Origin: Eledone cirrhosa
Lineage: Eukaryota
Length of the DNA: 64,000 bases
NCBI GenBank assembly: GCA_964016885.1
Contig: OZ024741.1
Location: 247,690,001-247,754,000 of the forward strand
Reading direction: 5' to 3'
Of the stretch, positions 39,241 through 53,600 are shown in pieces (position 1 is the first letter of the stretch; each line of letters opens with the position of its first letter). The translations under genes and the position numbers were made by a program. The notes under the pieces were generated by a model. The model was given only the letters and a program-made list of their open reading frames with translations, made no database searches and had not been told where the DNA came from.

Positions 39241-42200
39241 TGATTTTAAAAAAAAAATTATCTCCCCTTCGCTGGCTGGAAATTATCTCCCCTTGGACGC
39301 TGGAAATTATAGCCCCTTGGAGGGCTGGAAATTATCTTCCCTTGGACGGCTGGAAATTATCTCCCCTTGATTTTTTTTTACAAATTATCTCCCCCTGATT
39401 TTTTTTTACAAATTATCTCCCCCTGATTTTTTTTTACAAATTATCTCCCCCTGATTTTTTTACAAATTATCTCCCCCTGATTTTTTTTTTACAAATTATC
39501 TCCCCCTGATTTTTTTACAAATTATCTCCCCCTGATTTTTTTTACAAATTATCTCCCCTTGGAGGCTGGAATTTATCTCCCCTTGGACGGCTAGAAATTA
39601 CCTCTCCTTGGACGGCTGGAAAATATGTCTCCTTGGACGGCTGGATATTATCTCCCCTTGGACGGCTGAAAATTATCTCCCCTTGGACGGCTGGAAATTA
39701 TCTCCCCTTGATTTTTTTTACAAATTATCTCCCCCTGATTTTTTTTTACAAATTATCTCCCCCTGATTTTTTTTACAAATTATCTCCCCCTGATTTTTTT
39801 TTACAAATTTTCTGCCGCTGATTTTTTTTACAAATTATCTCCCCTTGGAGGCTGGAATTTATCTCCCCTTGGACGGCTAGAAATTACCTCTCCTTGGACG
39901 GCTGGAAAATATGTCTCCTTGGACGGCTGGATATTATCTCCCCTTGGACGGCTGGAAATTATCTCCCCATGGACGGCTGGAAATTATCTCCCCTTGGACG
40001 GCTAGAAATTATCTCTCCTTGGACGGCTGAAAATTATCTCCCCTTGGACGGCTGCAAATTATCTCCCCTTGATTTTTTTTATAAATTATCTCCCCCTGAT
40101 TTTTTTACAAATTATCTCCCCCTGATTTTTTTTACAAATTATCTACCCCTGATTTTTTTTACAAATTATCTCCCCCTGATTTTTTTTTACAAATTATCTA
40201 CCTCTGATTTTTTTTTACAAATTATCTCCCCCTGATTTTTTTTTTACAAATTATCTTCCCCTGATTTTTTTACAAATTATCTCCCCCTGATTTTTTTTAC
40301 AATCTCCGCCTGATTTTTTTAAAAATTATCTTCCCTTGGCTGGCGGGAAATTATCTCCCCTTGGACGGCTGGAAATTATCTCCCCTTGGAAGGATGGAAA
40401 TTATCTCCCCTTGGACGGCTGGAAATTATCTCCCCTTGCACGGCTGGAAATTATCTCCCCTTGGCTGGAAATTATCTCCCCTTGGACGGCTAGAAATTAT
40501 CTCTCTTTGGACGGCTGGAAATTATCACCCCTTGAGTTTTTTACAAATTATCTCCCCCTGATTTTTTTTACAAATCTCCCAGTGATTTTTTAAAAAAATT
40601 ATCTCCCCTTGGACGGCTGGAAATTATCTCCCCTTGGATGGCTGGAAATTATCTCGCCTTGGACGGCTAGAATTTACCTCTCCTTGGACGGCTGAAAATT
40701 ATCTCCCCTTGGGCGGCTGGAAATTATCTCCCCTTGATTTTTTTTACAAATTATCTCCCCCTGATTTTTTTTACAAATTATCTCCCCCTGATTTTTTTTT
40801 ACAAATTATCTGCCGCTGATTTTTTTTACAAATTATCTCCCCTTGGAGGCTGGAATTTATCTCCCCTTGGACGGCTAGAATTTACCTCTCCTTGGACGGC
40901 TGAAAATTATCTCCCCTTGGACGGCTGGAAATTATCTCCCCTTGATTTTTTTTACAAATTATCTCCCTCTGATTTTTTTTTACAAATTATCTCCCCCTGA
41001 TTTTTTTTTACAAATTATCTCCCCCTGATTTTTTTTTACAAATTATCTCCCCCTGATTTTTTTTACAAATTATCTCCCCCCTGATTTTTTTACAAATTAT
41101 CTCCCCTTGGCTGGCTGGAAATTATCTCCCCTTGGAGGCTGGAACTTATCTCCCCTTGGACGGCTAGAAATTACCTCTCCTTGGACGGCTGGAAAATATG
41201 TCTCCTTGGACGGACGGATATTATCTCCCCTTGGACGGCTGGAAATTATCTCCCCTTGGACGGCTGGAAATTATCTCCCCTTGGATGGCTAGATATTACC
41301 TCCCCTTGGACGGCTGGAAATTATCTCCCCTTGATTTTTTTTACAAATTATCTCCCCCTGATTTTTTTTTACAAATTATCTCCCCCTGATTTTTTTTTAA
41401 AAATTATCTCCCCCTGATTTTTGTTTACAAATTATCTCCGCCTGATTTTTTTTTAAAAATTATCTACCCTTGGACGGCTGGAAATTATCTCCCCTTGGAC
41501 GGCTGGAAATTATATCTCCTTGGACGGCTAGAATTTACCTCTCCTTGGACGGCTGAAAATTATCTCCCCTTGGACGGCTGGAAATTATCTCCCCTTGATT
41601 TTTTTTACAAATTATCTCCCCCTGATTTTTTTTTACAAATTATCTCCCCCTGATTTTTTTTTACAAATTATCTCCCCCTGATTTTTTTTTACAAATTATC
41701 TCCCCCTGATTTTTTTACAAATTATCTCCCCTTGGCTGGCTGGAAATTATCTCCCCTTGGAGGCTGGAACTTATCCCCCCTTGGACGGCTAGAAATTACC
41801 TCTCCTTGGACGGCTGGAAAATATGTCTCCTTGGACGGCTGGATATTATCTCCCCTTGGACGGCTGGAAATTATCTCCCCTTGGACGGCTGGAAATTATC
41901 TCCCCTTGGATGGCTAGATATTACCTCCCCTTGGACGGCTGGAAATTATCTCCCTTTGATTTTTTTTACAAATTATCTCCCCCTTATTTTTTTTACAAAT
42001 TATCTCCCCCTGATTTTTTTTTACAAATTATCTCCCCCTGATTTTTGTTTACAAATTATCTCCGCCTGATTTTTTTTAAAAAATTATCTCCCCTTGGACG
42101 GCTGGAAATTATCTCCCCTTGGACGGCTAGAAATTACCTCTCCTTGGACGGCTGAAAATTATCTCCCCTTGGACGGCTGGAAATTATCTCCCCTTGATTT

Positions 42201-44279
42201 TTTTACAAATTATCTCCCCCCGATTTTTTTTTACAAATTATCTCCCCCTGATTTTTTTTTACAAATTATCTACCCCTGATTTTTTTTTACAAATTATCTC
42301 CCCCTGATTTTTTTTACAAATTATCTCCCCCTGATTTTTTTTTTACAAATTATCTCCCCCTGATTTTTTTACAAATTATCTCCCCCTGATTTTTTTTACA
42401 AATTATCTCCGCCTGATTTTTTTAAATATTATCTCTCCTTGGCTGGCGGGAAATTATCTCCCCTTGGACGGCTGGAAATTATCTCCCCTTGGAAGGATGG
42501 AAATTATCTCCCCTTGGACGGCTGGAAATTATCTACCCCTGATTTTTTTTACAAATTATCTCCCCCTGATTTTTTTTACAAATTATCTCCCCCTGATTTT
42601 TTTACAAATTATCTACCCCTGATTTTTTTTACAAATTATCTCCCCCTGATTTTTTTTACAAATTATCTCCCCCTGATTTTTTTTTTACAAATTATCTCCC
42701 CCTGATTTTTTTACAAATTATCTCCCCCTGATTTTTTTTACAAATTATCTCCGCCTGATTTTTTTAAATATTATCTTCCCTTGGCTGGCGGGAAATTATC
42801 TCCCCTTGGACGGCTGAAAATTATCTCCCCTTGGACGGCTGGAAATTATCTCCCCTTGATTTTTTTACAAATTATCTCCCCCTGATTTTTTTTTTACAAA
42901 TTATCTCACCCTGATTTTTTTTACAAATTATCTACCCCTGATTTTTTTTTACAAATTATCTCCCCCTGATTTTTTTTACAAATTATCTCCCCCTGATTTT
43001 TTTTTTACAAATTATCTCCCCATGATTTTTTTACAAATTATCTCCCCCTGATTTTTTTTACAAATTATCTCCGCCTGATTTTTTTAAATATTATCTCTCC
43101 TTGGCTGGCGGGAAATTATCTCCCCTTGGACGGCTGGAAATTATCTCCCCTTGGAAGGATGGAAATTATCTCCCCTTGGACGGCTGGAAATTATCTACCC
43201 CTGATTTTTTTTACAAATTATCTCCCCCTGATTTATTTTACAAATTATCTCCCCCTGATTTTTTTTTTTAAAATTATCTCCCCCTGATTTTTTTACAAAT
43301 TATCTCCCCCTGATTTTTTTTACAAATTATCTCCGCCTGATTTTTTTAAATATTATCTTACCTTGGCTGGCGGGAAATTATCTCCCCTTGGACGGCTGAA
43401 AATTATCTCCCCTTGGACGGCTGGAAATTATCTCCCCTTGATTTTTTTTACAAATTATCTCCCCCTGATTTTTTTTTACAAATTATCTCCGCCTGATTTT
43501 TAAAAAAAAATTATCTCCCCTTCGCTGGCTGGAAATTATCTCCCCTTGGACGCTGGAAATTATAGCCCCTTGGAGGGCTGGAAATTATCTTCCCTTGGAC
43601 GGCTGGAAATTATCTCCCCTTGATTTTTTTTACAAATTATCTCCCCCTGATTTTTTTTTACAAATTATCTCCCCCTGATTTTTTTTTACAAATTATCTCC
43701 CCCTGATTTTTTTTTTACAAATTATCTCCGCCTGATTTTTTTAAAAAAATTATCTCCCCTTGGACGGCTGGAAATTATCTCCCTTTGGACGGCTGGAAAT
43801 TATCTCCCCTTGGACGGCTAGAAATTATCTCTCCTTGGACGGCTGAAAATTATCTCCCCTTGGACGGCTGCAAATTATCTCCCCTTGATTTTTTTTACAA
43901 ATTATCTCCCCCTGATTTTTTTTACAAATTATCTCCCCCTGATTTTTTTTACAAATTATCTACCCCTGATTTTTTTTACAAATTATCTCCCCCTGATTTT
44001 TTTTTACAAATTATCTCCCTCTGATTTTTTTTTTACAAATTATCTCCCCCTGATTTTTTTTTTACAAATTATCTCCCCCTGATTTTTTTACCAATTATCT
44101 CCCCCTGATTTTTTTACAATCTCCGCCTGATTTTTTTAAAAATTATCTTCCCTTGGCTGGCGGGAAATTATCTCCCCTTGGACGGCTGGAAATTATCTCC
44201 CCTTGGAAGGATGGAAATTATCTCCCCTTGGACGGCTGGAAATTATCTCCCTTTGATTTTTTTTACAAATTATCTCCCT

Positions 44280-47200
44280 CTGATTTTTTTTACAAATCTC
44301 CCCCTGATTTTTTTAAAAAAATTATCTCCCCTTCGCTGGCTGGAAATTATCTCCCCTTGGACACTGGAAATTATAGCCCCTTGGAGGGCTGGAAATTATC
44401 TTCTCTTGGACGGCTGGAAATTATCTCCCCTTGATTTTTTTTACAAATTATCTCCGCCTGATTTTTTTTTTAAATTATCTCTCCTTGGACGGCTGGAAAT
44501 TATCTCCCCTTGATTTTTTAAAAAATTATCTCCCCTTGGAAGGCTGGAAATTATGTCCCCTTGGCTGGAAATTATCTCCCCTTGGACGGCTAGAAATTAT
44601 CTCTCTTTGGACGGCTGGAAATTATCACCCCTTGAGTTTTTTTACAAATTATCTCCCCCTGATTTTTTTTACAAATCTCCCAGTAAATTTTTAAAAAAAA
44701 TTATCTCCCCTTCGCTGGCTGGAAATTATCTCCCCTTGGACGCTGGAAATTATAGCCCCTTGGAGGGCTGGAAATTATCTTTCCTTGGACGGCTGGAAAT
44801 TATCTCCCCTTGATTTTTTTTACAAATTATCTCCCCCTGATTTTTTTTACAAATTATCTCCCCCTGATTTTTTTTTACAAATTATCTGCGCCTGATTTTT
44901 TTTAAAAAATTATCTCCCCTTGGACGGCTGGAAATTATCTCCCCTTGGACGGCTGGAAATTATCTCTCCTTGGACGGCTAGAATTTACCTCTCCTTGGAC
45001 GGCTGAAAATTATCTCCCCTTGGACGGCTGGAAATTACCTCCCCTTGATTTTTTTTACAAATTATCTCCCCCTGATTTTTTTTTACAAATTATCTCCCCC
45101 TGATTTTTTTTTACAAATTATCTCCCCCTGATTTTTTTTTCAAATTATCTCCCCTTGGCTGGCTGGAAATTATCTCCCCTTGGAGGCTGGAACTTATCTC
45201 CCCTTGGACGGCTAGAAATTACCTCTCCTTGGACGGCTGGAAAATATGTCTCCTTGGACGGCTGGAAATTATCTCCCCTTGGACGGCTGGAAATTATCTC
45301 CCTTGGACGGCTGGAAATTATCTCCCCTTGGATGGCTAGATATTACCTCCCCTTGGACGGCTGGAAATTATCTCCCCTTGATTTTTTTTAGAAATTATCT
45401 CCCCCTGATTTTTTTTTACAAATTATCTCCCCCTGATTTTTTATTACAAATTATCTCCCCCTGATTTTTGTTTACAAATTATCTCCGCCTGATTTTTTTT
45501 TTAAAATTATCTCCCCTTGGACGGCTGGAAATTATCTCCCCTTGGACGGCTAGAAATTACCTCTCCTTGGACGGCTGAAAATTATCTCCACTTGGACGGC
45601 TGGAAATTATCTACCCCTGATTTTTTTTACAAATTATCTCCCCCTGATTTTTTTTACAAATTATCTCCCCCTGATTTTTTTTTACAAATTATCTACCCCT
45701 GATTTTTTTTACAAATTATCTCCCCCTGATTTTTTTACAAATTGTCTCCCCCTGATTTTTTTTTACAAATTATCTCCCCCTGATTGTTTTACAAATTATC
45801 TCCCCCTGATTTTTTTTACAAATTATCTCCGCCTGATTTTTTTAAATATTATCTTCCCTTGGCTGGCGGGAAATTATCTCCCCTTGGAAGGATGGAAATT
45901 ATCTCCCCTTGGACGGCTGGAAATTATCTCCCCTTGCACTGCTGGAAATTATCTCCCCTTGGACGACTGGAAATTATCTGCCCTTGATTTTGTTTTTACA
46001 AATTATCTTCCCCTCATTTTTTTTACAAATTATCTCCACCTGATTTTTTAAAAAATTATCTCCCCTTGGACGGCTGGAAATTATCTCCCCTTGGCTGGAA
46101 ATTATCTCCCCTTGGACGGCTAGAAATTATCTCTCTTTGGACGGCTGGAAATTATCTCCCCTTGATTTTTTTTACAAATTATCTCCCCCTGATTTTTTTT
46201 ACAAATCTCCCAGTGATTTTTAAAAAAAAATTATCTTCCTTTCGCTGGTTGGAAATTATCTCCCCTTGGACGCTGGAAATTATAGCCCCTTGGAGGGCTG
46301 GAAATTATCTTCCCTTGGACGGCTGGAAATTATCTCCCCTTGATTTTTTTACATTTTATCTCCCCCTGATTTTTTTTACAAATTATCTCCCCGATTTTTT
46401 TCTACAAATTATCTCCGCCTGATTTTTTTAAAAAAATTATCTTCCCTTGGACGGCTGGAAATTATCTCCCCTTGGACGGCTGGAAATTATCTCGCCTTGG
46501 ACGGCTAGAAATTACCTCTCCTTGGACGGCTGAAAATTATCTCCCCTTGGACGCTGGAAATTATAGCCCCTTGGAGGGCTGGAAATTATGTCCCCCTGAT
46601 TTTTTTACAAATTATCTCCCCTTGGCTGGCTGTAAATTATCTCCCCTTGAACGGCTGGAAATTATCTCCCCTTGGACGGCTGGAAATTATCTCCCCTTGG
46701 ACGGCTGGAAATTATCTCCCCTTGGACGGCTAGAAATTACCTCTCCTTGGACGGCTGGAAATTATCTCCACTTGGACGGCTGGAAATTATCTCCCCTTCG
46801 CTGGCTGGAAATCATCTCCCTTTGGACGGCTGGAAATTATAGCTGCTTGTAGGGCTGGAAATTATCTCCCCTTGGACGGCTGGAAATTATCTCCCCTTGA
46901 TTTATTTTACTAATTATCTCCCCCTGATTTTTTTTACAAATTATCTCCGCCTGATTTTTTTTTAAAAATTATCTCCCCTTGGCTGGATGGAAATTATCTC
47001 CCCTTGGACGGCTGGAAATTATCTCCCCTTGGAGCCTAGAAATTACCTCTCCTTGGACAGCTGTAAATTATCTCCCCTTGGACGGCTGGAAATTATCTCG
47101 CCTTGGACGGCTGGAAATTATCTCCCCTTGATTTTGTATACAAATTATCTCCCCCTGATTTTTTTTTACAAATTATCTGCCCCTGATTATATTTTTACAA

Positions 47201-47400
47201 ATTAGCTCCGCCTGATTTTTTAAAAAAATTATCTCCCCTTGGACGGCTGGAAATTATCTCCCCTTGGACGGCTGGAAATTATCTCCCCTTGAACGGCTAG
47301 AAATTACCTCTCCTTGGAGGGCTGGAAATTATCATCCCTTGGACGGCTGGAAATTATCTCCCCTTGATTTTTTTTACAAATTATCTCCCCTTGGACGGCT
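44280..47400 (+). repeat. Diverged (older) satellite layer rich in variants I did not see elsewhere in the window
   Basis: Singleton-looking variants: TTGCACTGCTGG (~45934), CCCTCAT (~46011), CTTCCTTTCGCTGGTTGG (~46235), TGTAAA (~46631), ATCATCTCCC (~46811), ATAGCTGCTTGTAGG (~46839), ACTAATT (~46909), GGACAGCTGTA (~47055), TTTTGTATAC (~47132), GATTATATTT (~47185), ATTAGCTCC (~47201). Confidence 0.85.
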
Positions 47401-50400
47401 GGAAATTATCTCCCCTTGGACGGCTGGAAATTATCTCCCCTTGGACGGCTAGAAATTACCTCTCCTTGGACGGCTGAAAATTATCTCCCCTTGGACGGCT
47501 GGAAATTATCTCCCCTTGATTTTTTTTTACAAATTATCTCCCCCTGATTTTTTTTACAAATTATCTACCCCTGATTTTTTTTACAAATTATCTCCCCCTG
47601 ATTTTTTTTACAAATTATCTCCCCCTGATTTTTTTTACAAATTATCTCCCCCTGATTTTTTTTTACAAATTATCTCCCCCTGATTTTTTTACAAATTATC
47701 TCCCCCTGTTTTTTTTACAAATTATCTCCGCCTGATTTTTTTAAATATTATCTTCCCTTGGCTGGCGGGAAATTATCTCCCCTTGGACGGCTGAAAATTA
47801 TCTCCCCTTGGACGGCTGGAAATTATCTCCCCTTGATTTTTTTTACAAATTATCTCCCCCTGATTTTTTCTTACAAATTATCTCCCCCTGATTTTTTTAC
47901 AAATTATCTCCCCCTGATTTTTTTTTACAAATTGTCTCCCCCTGATTTTTTTTACAAATTATCTCCCTCTGATTTTTTTACAAATTATCTCCCCTTGGCT
48001 GGCTGGAAATTATCTCCCCTTGGACGGCTAGAAATTACCTCTCCTTGGACGGCTGGAAAATATGTCTCCTTGGACGGCTGGATATTATCTCCCCTTGGAC
48101 GGCTGGAAATTATCTCCCCTTGGACGGCTGGAAATTATCTCCCCTTGATTTTTTTACAAATTATCTCCCCCTGATTTATTTTACAAATCTCCCAATTTTA
48201 AAAAAAAAATTATCTCCCCTTCGCTGGCTGGAAATTATCTCCCCTTGGACGCTGGAAATTATAGCCCCTTGGAGGGCTGGAAATTATCTTCCCTTGGACG
48301 GCTGGAAATTATCTCCCCTTGATTTTTTTTACAAATTATCTCCCCCTGATTTTTTTTACAAATTATCTCCCCCTGATTTTTTTTACAAATTATCTACCCC
48401 TGATTTTTTTTACAAATTATCTCCCCCTGATTTTTTTTTACAAATTATCTCCCCCTGATTTTTTTTTACAAATTATCTCCCCCTGATTTTTTTACAAATT
48501 ATCTCCCCCTGATTTTTTTTACAATCTCCGCCTGATTTTTTTAAAAATTATCTTCCCTTGGCTGGCTGGAAATTATCTCCCCTTGGACACTGGAAATTAT
48601 AGCCCCTTGGAGGGCTGGAAATTATCTTCCCTTGGACGGCTGGAAATTATCTCCCCTTGATTTTTTTTACAAATTATCTCCGCCTGATTTTTTTTTACAA
48701 ATTATCTCCCCCTGATTTTTTTTTACACATTATCTACCCCTGATTTTTTTTTACAAATTATCTCCCCCTGATTTTTTTTACAAATTATCTCCCCCTGATT
48801 TTTCTTTTACAAATTATCTCCCCCTGATTTTTTTACAAATTATCTCCCCCTGATTTTTTTTACAAATTATCTCCGCCTGATTTTTTTAAATATTATCTTC
48901 CCTTGGCTGGCGGGAAATTATCTCCCCTTGGACGGCTGGAAATTATCTGCCCTTGATTTTCTTTTTACAAATTATCTTCCACTGATTTTTTTTACAAATT
49001 ATCTCCACCTGATTTTTTAAAAAATTATCTCCCCTTGGAAGGCTGGAAATTATCTCCCCTTGGACGGCTGGAAATTATCTCCCCTTGGACGGCTAGAAAT
49101 TATCTCTCCTTGGACGGCTGAAAATTATCTCCCCTTGGACGGCTGCAAATTATCTCCCCTTGATTTTTTTTACAAATTTTCTCCCCCTGATTTTTTTTAC
49201 AAATTATCTCCCCCTGATTTTTTTACAAATTATCTCCCCCTGATTTTTTTTTACAAATTATCTCCCCCTGATTTTTTTTTACAAATTATCTCCCCCTGAT
49301 TTTTTTTTTACAAATTATCTCCCCCTGATTTTTTTACAAATTATCTCCCCCTGATTTTTTTTACAATCTCCGCCTGATTTTTTTAAAAATTATCTTCCCT
49401 TGGCTGGCGGGAAATTATCTCCCCTTGGACGGCTGGAAATTATCTCCCCTTGGAAGGATGGAAATTATCTCCCCTCGGACGGCTGGAAATTATCTCCCCT
49501 TGCACGGCTGGAAATTATCTCCCCTTGGCTGGAAATTATCTCCCCTTGGACGGCTAGAAATTATCTCTCTTTGGACGGCTGCAAATTATCTCCCTTTGAT
49601 TTTTTTTACAAATTATCTCCCTCTGATTTTTTTTACAAATCTCCCCCTGATTTTTTTAAAAAAATTATCTCCCCTTCGCTGGCTGGAAATTATCTTCCCT
49701 TGGACGGCTGGAAATTATCTCCCCTTGATTTTTTTTACAAATTATCTCCGCCTGATTTTTTTTAAAAATTATCTCTCCTTGGACGGCTGGAAATTATCTC
49801 CCCTTGATTTTTTTACAAATTATCTCCCCCTGATTTTTTTTTACAAATTATCTCCCCCTGATTTTTTTTTACAAATTATCTACCCCTGATTTTTTTTTAC
49901 AAATTATCTCCCCCTGATTTTTTTTTACAAATTATCTACCCCTGATTTTTTTTACAAATTATCTCCCCCTGATTTTTTTTACAAATTATCTCCCCCTGAT
50001 TTTTTTTTTACAAATTATCTCCCCCTGATTTTTTTACAAATTATCTCCCCCTGATTTTTTTTACAAATTATCTCCGCCGGATTTTTTTAAATATTATCTT
50101 CCCTTGGCTGGCGGGAAATTATCTCCCCTTGGACGGCTGAAAATTATCTCCCATTGGACGGCTGGAAATTATCTCCCCTTGATTTTTTTTACAAATTATC
50201 TCCCCCTGATTTTTTTTTACAAATTATCTCCCCCTGATTTTTTTTACAAATTATCTCCCCCTGATTTTTTTTTACAAATTATCTCCCCCTGATTTTTTTT
50301 ACAAATTATCTCCCCCTGATTTTTTTTACAAATTATCTCCCCCTGATTTTTTTTTACAAATTATCTCCCCTGATTTTTTTACAAATTATCTCCCCCTGAT

Positions 50401-50619
50401 TTTTTTTACAAATTATCTCCGCCTGATTTTTTAAAATATTATCTTCCCTTGGCTGGCGGGAAATTATCTCCCCTTGGACGGCTGGAAATTATCTGCCCTT
50501 GATTTTCTTTTTACAAATTATCTTCCACTGATTTTTTTTACAAATTATCTCCACCTGATTTTTTAAAAAATTATCTCCCCTTGGAAGGCTGGAAATTATC
50601 TCCCCTTGGCTGGAAATTA

Positions 50620-53600
50620 TCTCCCCTTGGACGGCTAGAAATTATCTCTCTTTGGACGGCTGGAAATTATCACCCCTTGAGTTTTTTACAAATTATCTCC
50701 CCCTGATTTTTTTTACAAATCTCCCAGTGATTTTTAAAAAAAAATTATCTCCCCTTCGCTGGCTGGAAATTATCTCCCCTTGGACGCTGGAAATTATAGC
50801 ACCTTGGAGGGCTGGAAATTATCTTCCCTTGGACGGCTGGAAATTATCTCCCCTTGACTTTTTTTACAAATTATCTCCCCCTGATTTTTTTTTACAAATT
50901 ATCTCCCCCTGATTTTTTTTTACAACTTATCTGCGCCTGATTTTTTTAAAAAAATTATCTCCCCTTGGACGGCTGGAAATTATCTCCCCTTGGACGGCTG
51001 GAAATTATCTCTCCTTGGACGGCTAGAATTTACCTCTCCTTGGACGGCTGAAAATTATCTCCCCTTGGACGGCTGGAAATTATCTCCCCTTGATTTTTTT
51101 TACAAATTATCTCCCCCTGATTTTTTTTTACAAATTATCTCCCCCTGATTTTTTTTACAAATTATCTCCCCCTGATTTTTTTTTACAAATTATCTCCCCC
51201 TGATTTTTTTTACAAATTATCTCCCCCTGATTTTCTTACAAATTATCTCCCCTTGGCTGGCTGGAAATTATCTCCCCTTGGAGGCTGGAACTTATGTCCC
51301 CTTGGACGGCTAGAAATTACCTCTCCTTGGACGGCTGGATGATATGTCTCCTTGGACGGCTGGATATTATCTCCCCTTGGACGGCTGGAAATTATCTCCC
51401 CTTGGACGGCTGGAAATTATCTCCCCTTGGATGGCTAGATATTACCTCCCCTTGGACGGCTGGAAATTATCTCCCCTTGATTTTTTTTACAAATTATCTC
51501 CCCCTGATTTTTTTTTACAAATTATCTCCCCCTGATTTTTTTTTACAAATTATCTCCCCCTGATTTTTGTTTACAAATTATCTCCGCCTGATTTTTTTTT
51601 AAAATTATCTCCCCTTGGACGGCTGGAAATTATCTCCCCTTGGACGGCTAGAAATTACCTCTCCTTGGACGGCTGAAAATTATCTCCCCTTGGACGGCTG
51701 GAAATTATCTCCCCTTGATTTTTTTACAAATTATCTCCCCCTGATTTTTTTTTTACAAATTATCTCCCCCTGATTTTTTTTTTACAAATTATCTCCCCCT
51801 GATTTTTTTACAAATTATCTCCCCCTAATTTTTTTTACAAATTATCTCCGCCTGATTTTTTTAAATATTATCTCTCCTTGGCTGGCGGGAAATTATCTCC
51901 CCTTGGACGGCTGGAAATTATCTCCCCTTGGAAGGATGGAAATTATCTCCCCTTGGACGGCTGGAAATTATCTACCCCTGATTTTTTTTACAAATTATCT
52001 CCCCCTGATTTTTTTTACAAATTATCTCCCCCTGATTTTTTTTTACAAATTATCTACCCCTGATTTTTTTTACAAATTATCTCCCCCTGATTTTTTTTAC
52101 AAATTATCTCCCCCTGATTTTTTTTACAAATTATCTCCACCTGATTTTTTTACAAATTATCTCCCCCTGATTTTTTTTACAAATTATCTTCCTCTGATTT
52201 TTTTACAAATTTTCTCCCCTTGGCTGGCTGGAAATTATCTCCCCTTGGACGGCTAGAAATTACCTCTCCTTGGATGGCTGGAAATTATCTCCCCTTGGAC
52301 GGCTGGAAATTATCTCCCCTTGGACGGATAGATATTACCTCCCCTTGGACGGCTGGAAATTATCTCCCCTTGATTTTTTTACAAATTATCTCCCCCTGAT
52401 TTATTTTACAAATCTGCCAATGATTTTTAAAAAAAAATTATCTCCCCTTCGCTGGCTGGAAATTATCTCCCCTTGGACGCTGGAAATTATAGCCCCTTGG
52501 AGGGCTGGAAATTATCTTCCCTTGGACGGCTGGAAATTATCTCCCCTTGATTTTTTTTACAAATTATCTCCCCCTGATTTTTTTTACAAATTATCTCCCC
52601 CTGATTTTTTTTACAAATTATCTACCCCTGATTTTTTTTACAAATTATCTCCCTCTGATTTTTTTTACAAATTATCTCCCCCTGGAGATTTTTTTTTACA
52701 AATTATCTCCCCCTGATTTTTTTTACAAATTATCTCCCCCTGATTTTTTTTACAAATTATCTACCCCTGATTTTTTTTACAAATTATCTCCCCCTGATTT
52801 TTTTTTACAAATTATCTCCCCCTGATTTTTTTTTACAAATTATCTCCCCCTGATTTTTTTACAAATTATCTCCCCCTGATTTTTTTTACAATCTCCGCCT
52901 GATTTTTTTAAAAATTATCTTCCCTTGGCTGGCTGGAAATTATCTCCCCTTGGACACTGGAAATTATAGCCCCTTGGAGGGCTGGAAATTATCTTCCCTT
53001 GGACGGCTGGAAATTATCTCCCCTTGATTTTTTTTACAAATTATCTCCGCCTGATTTTTTTTTACAAATTATCTCCCCCTGATTTTTTTTTACAAATTAT
53101 CTACCCCTGATTTTTTTTTACAAATTATCTCCCCCTGATTTTTTTTACAAATTATCTCCCCCTGATTTTTCTTTTACAAATTATCTCCCCCTGATTTTTT
53201 TACAAATTATCTCCCCCTGATTTTTTTTACAAATTATCTCCGCCTGATTTTTTTAAATATTATCTTCCCTTGGCTGGCGGGAAATTATCTCCCCTTGGAC
53301 GGCTGGAAATTATCTACCCTTGATTTTCTTTTTACAAATTATCTTCCACTGATTTTTTTTACAAATTATCTCCACCTGATTTTTTTTAAAATTATCTCCC
53401 CTTGGAAGGCTGGAAATTATCTCCCCTTGGACGCTGGAAATTATAGCCCCTTGGAGGGCTGGAAATTATCTTCCCTTGGACGGCTAGAAATTATCTCCCC
53501 TTGATTTTTTTTACAAATTATCTCCCCCTGATTTTTTTTTACAAATTATCTCCCCCTGATTTTTTTTACAACTTATCTGCGCCTGATTTTTTTAAAAAAA

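Noticed and set aside
44280-47400. Possible transposon or unique-sequence insertion in the diverged zone
   Set aside because: Every stretch still parses into A or B monomers in the same orientation. I saw no foreign sequence, target-site duplication or inversion.
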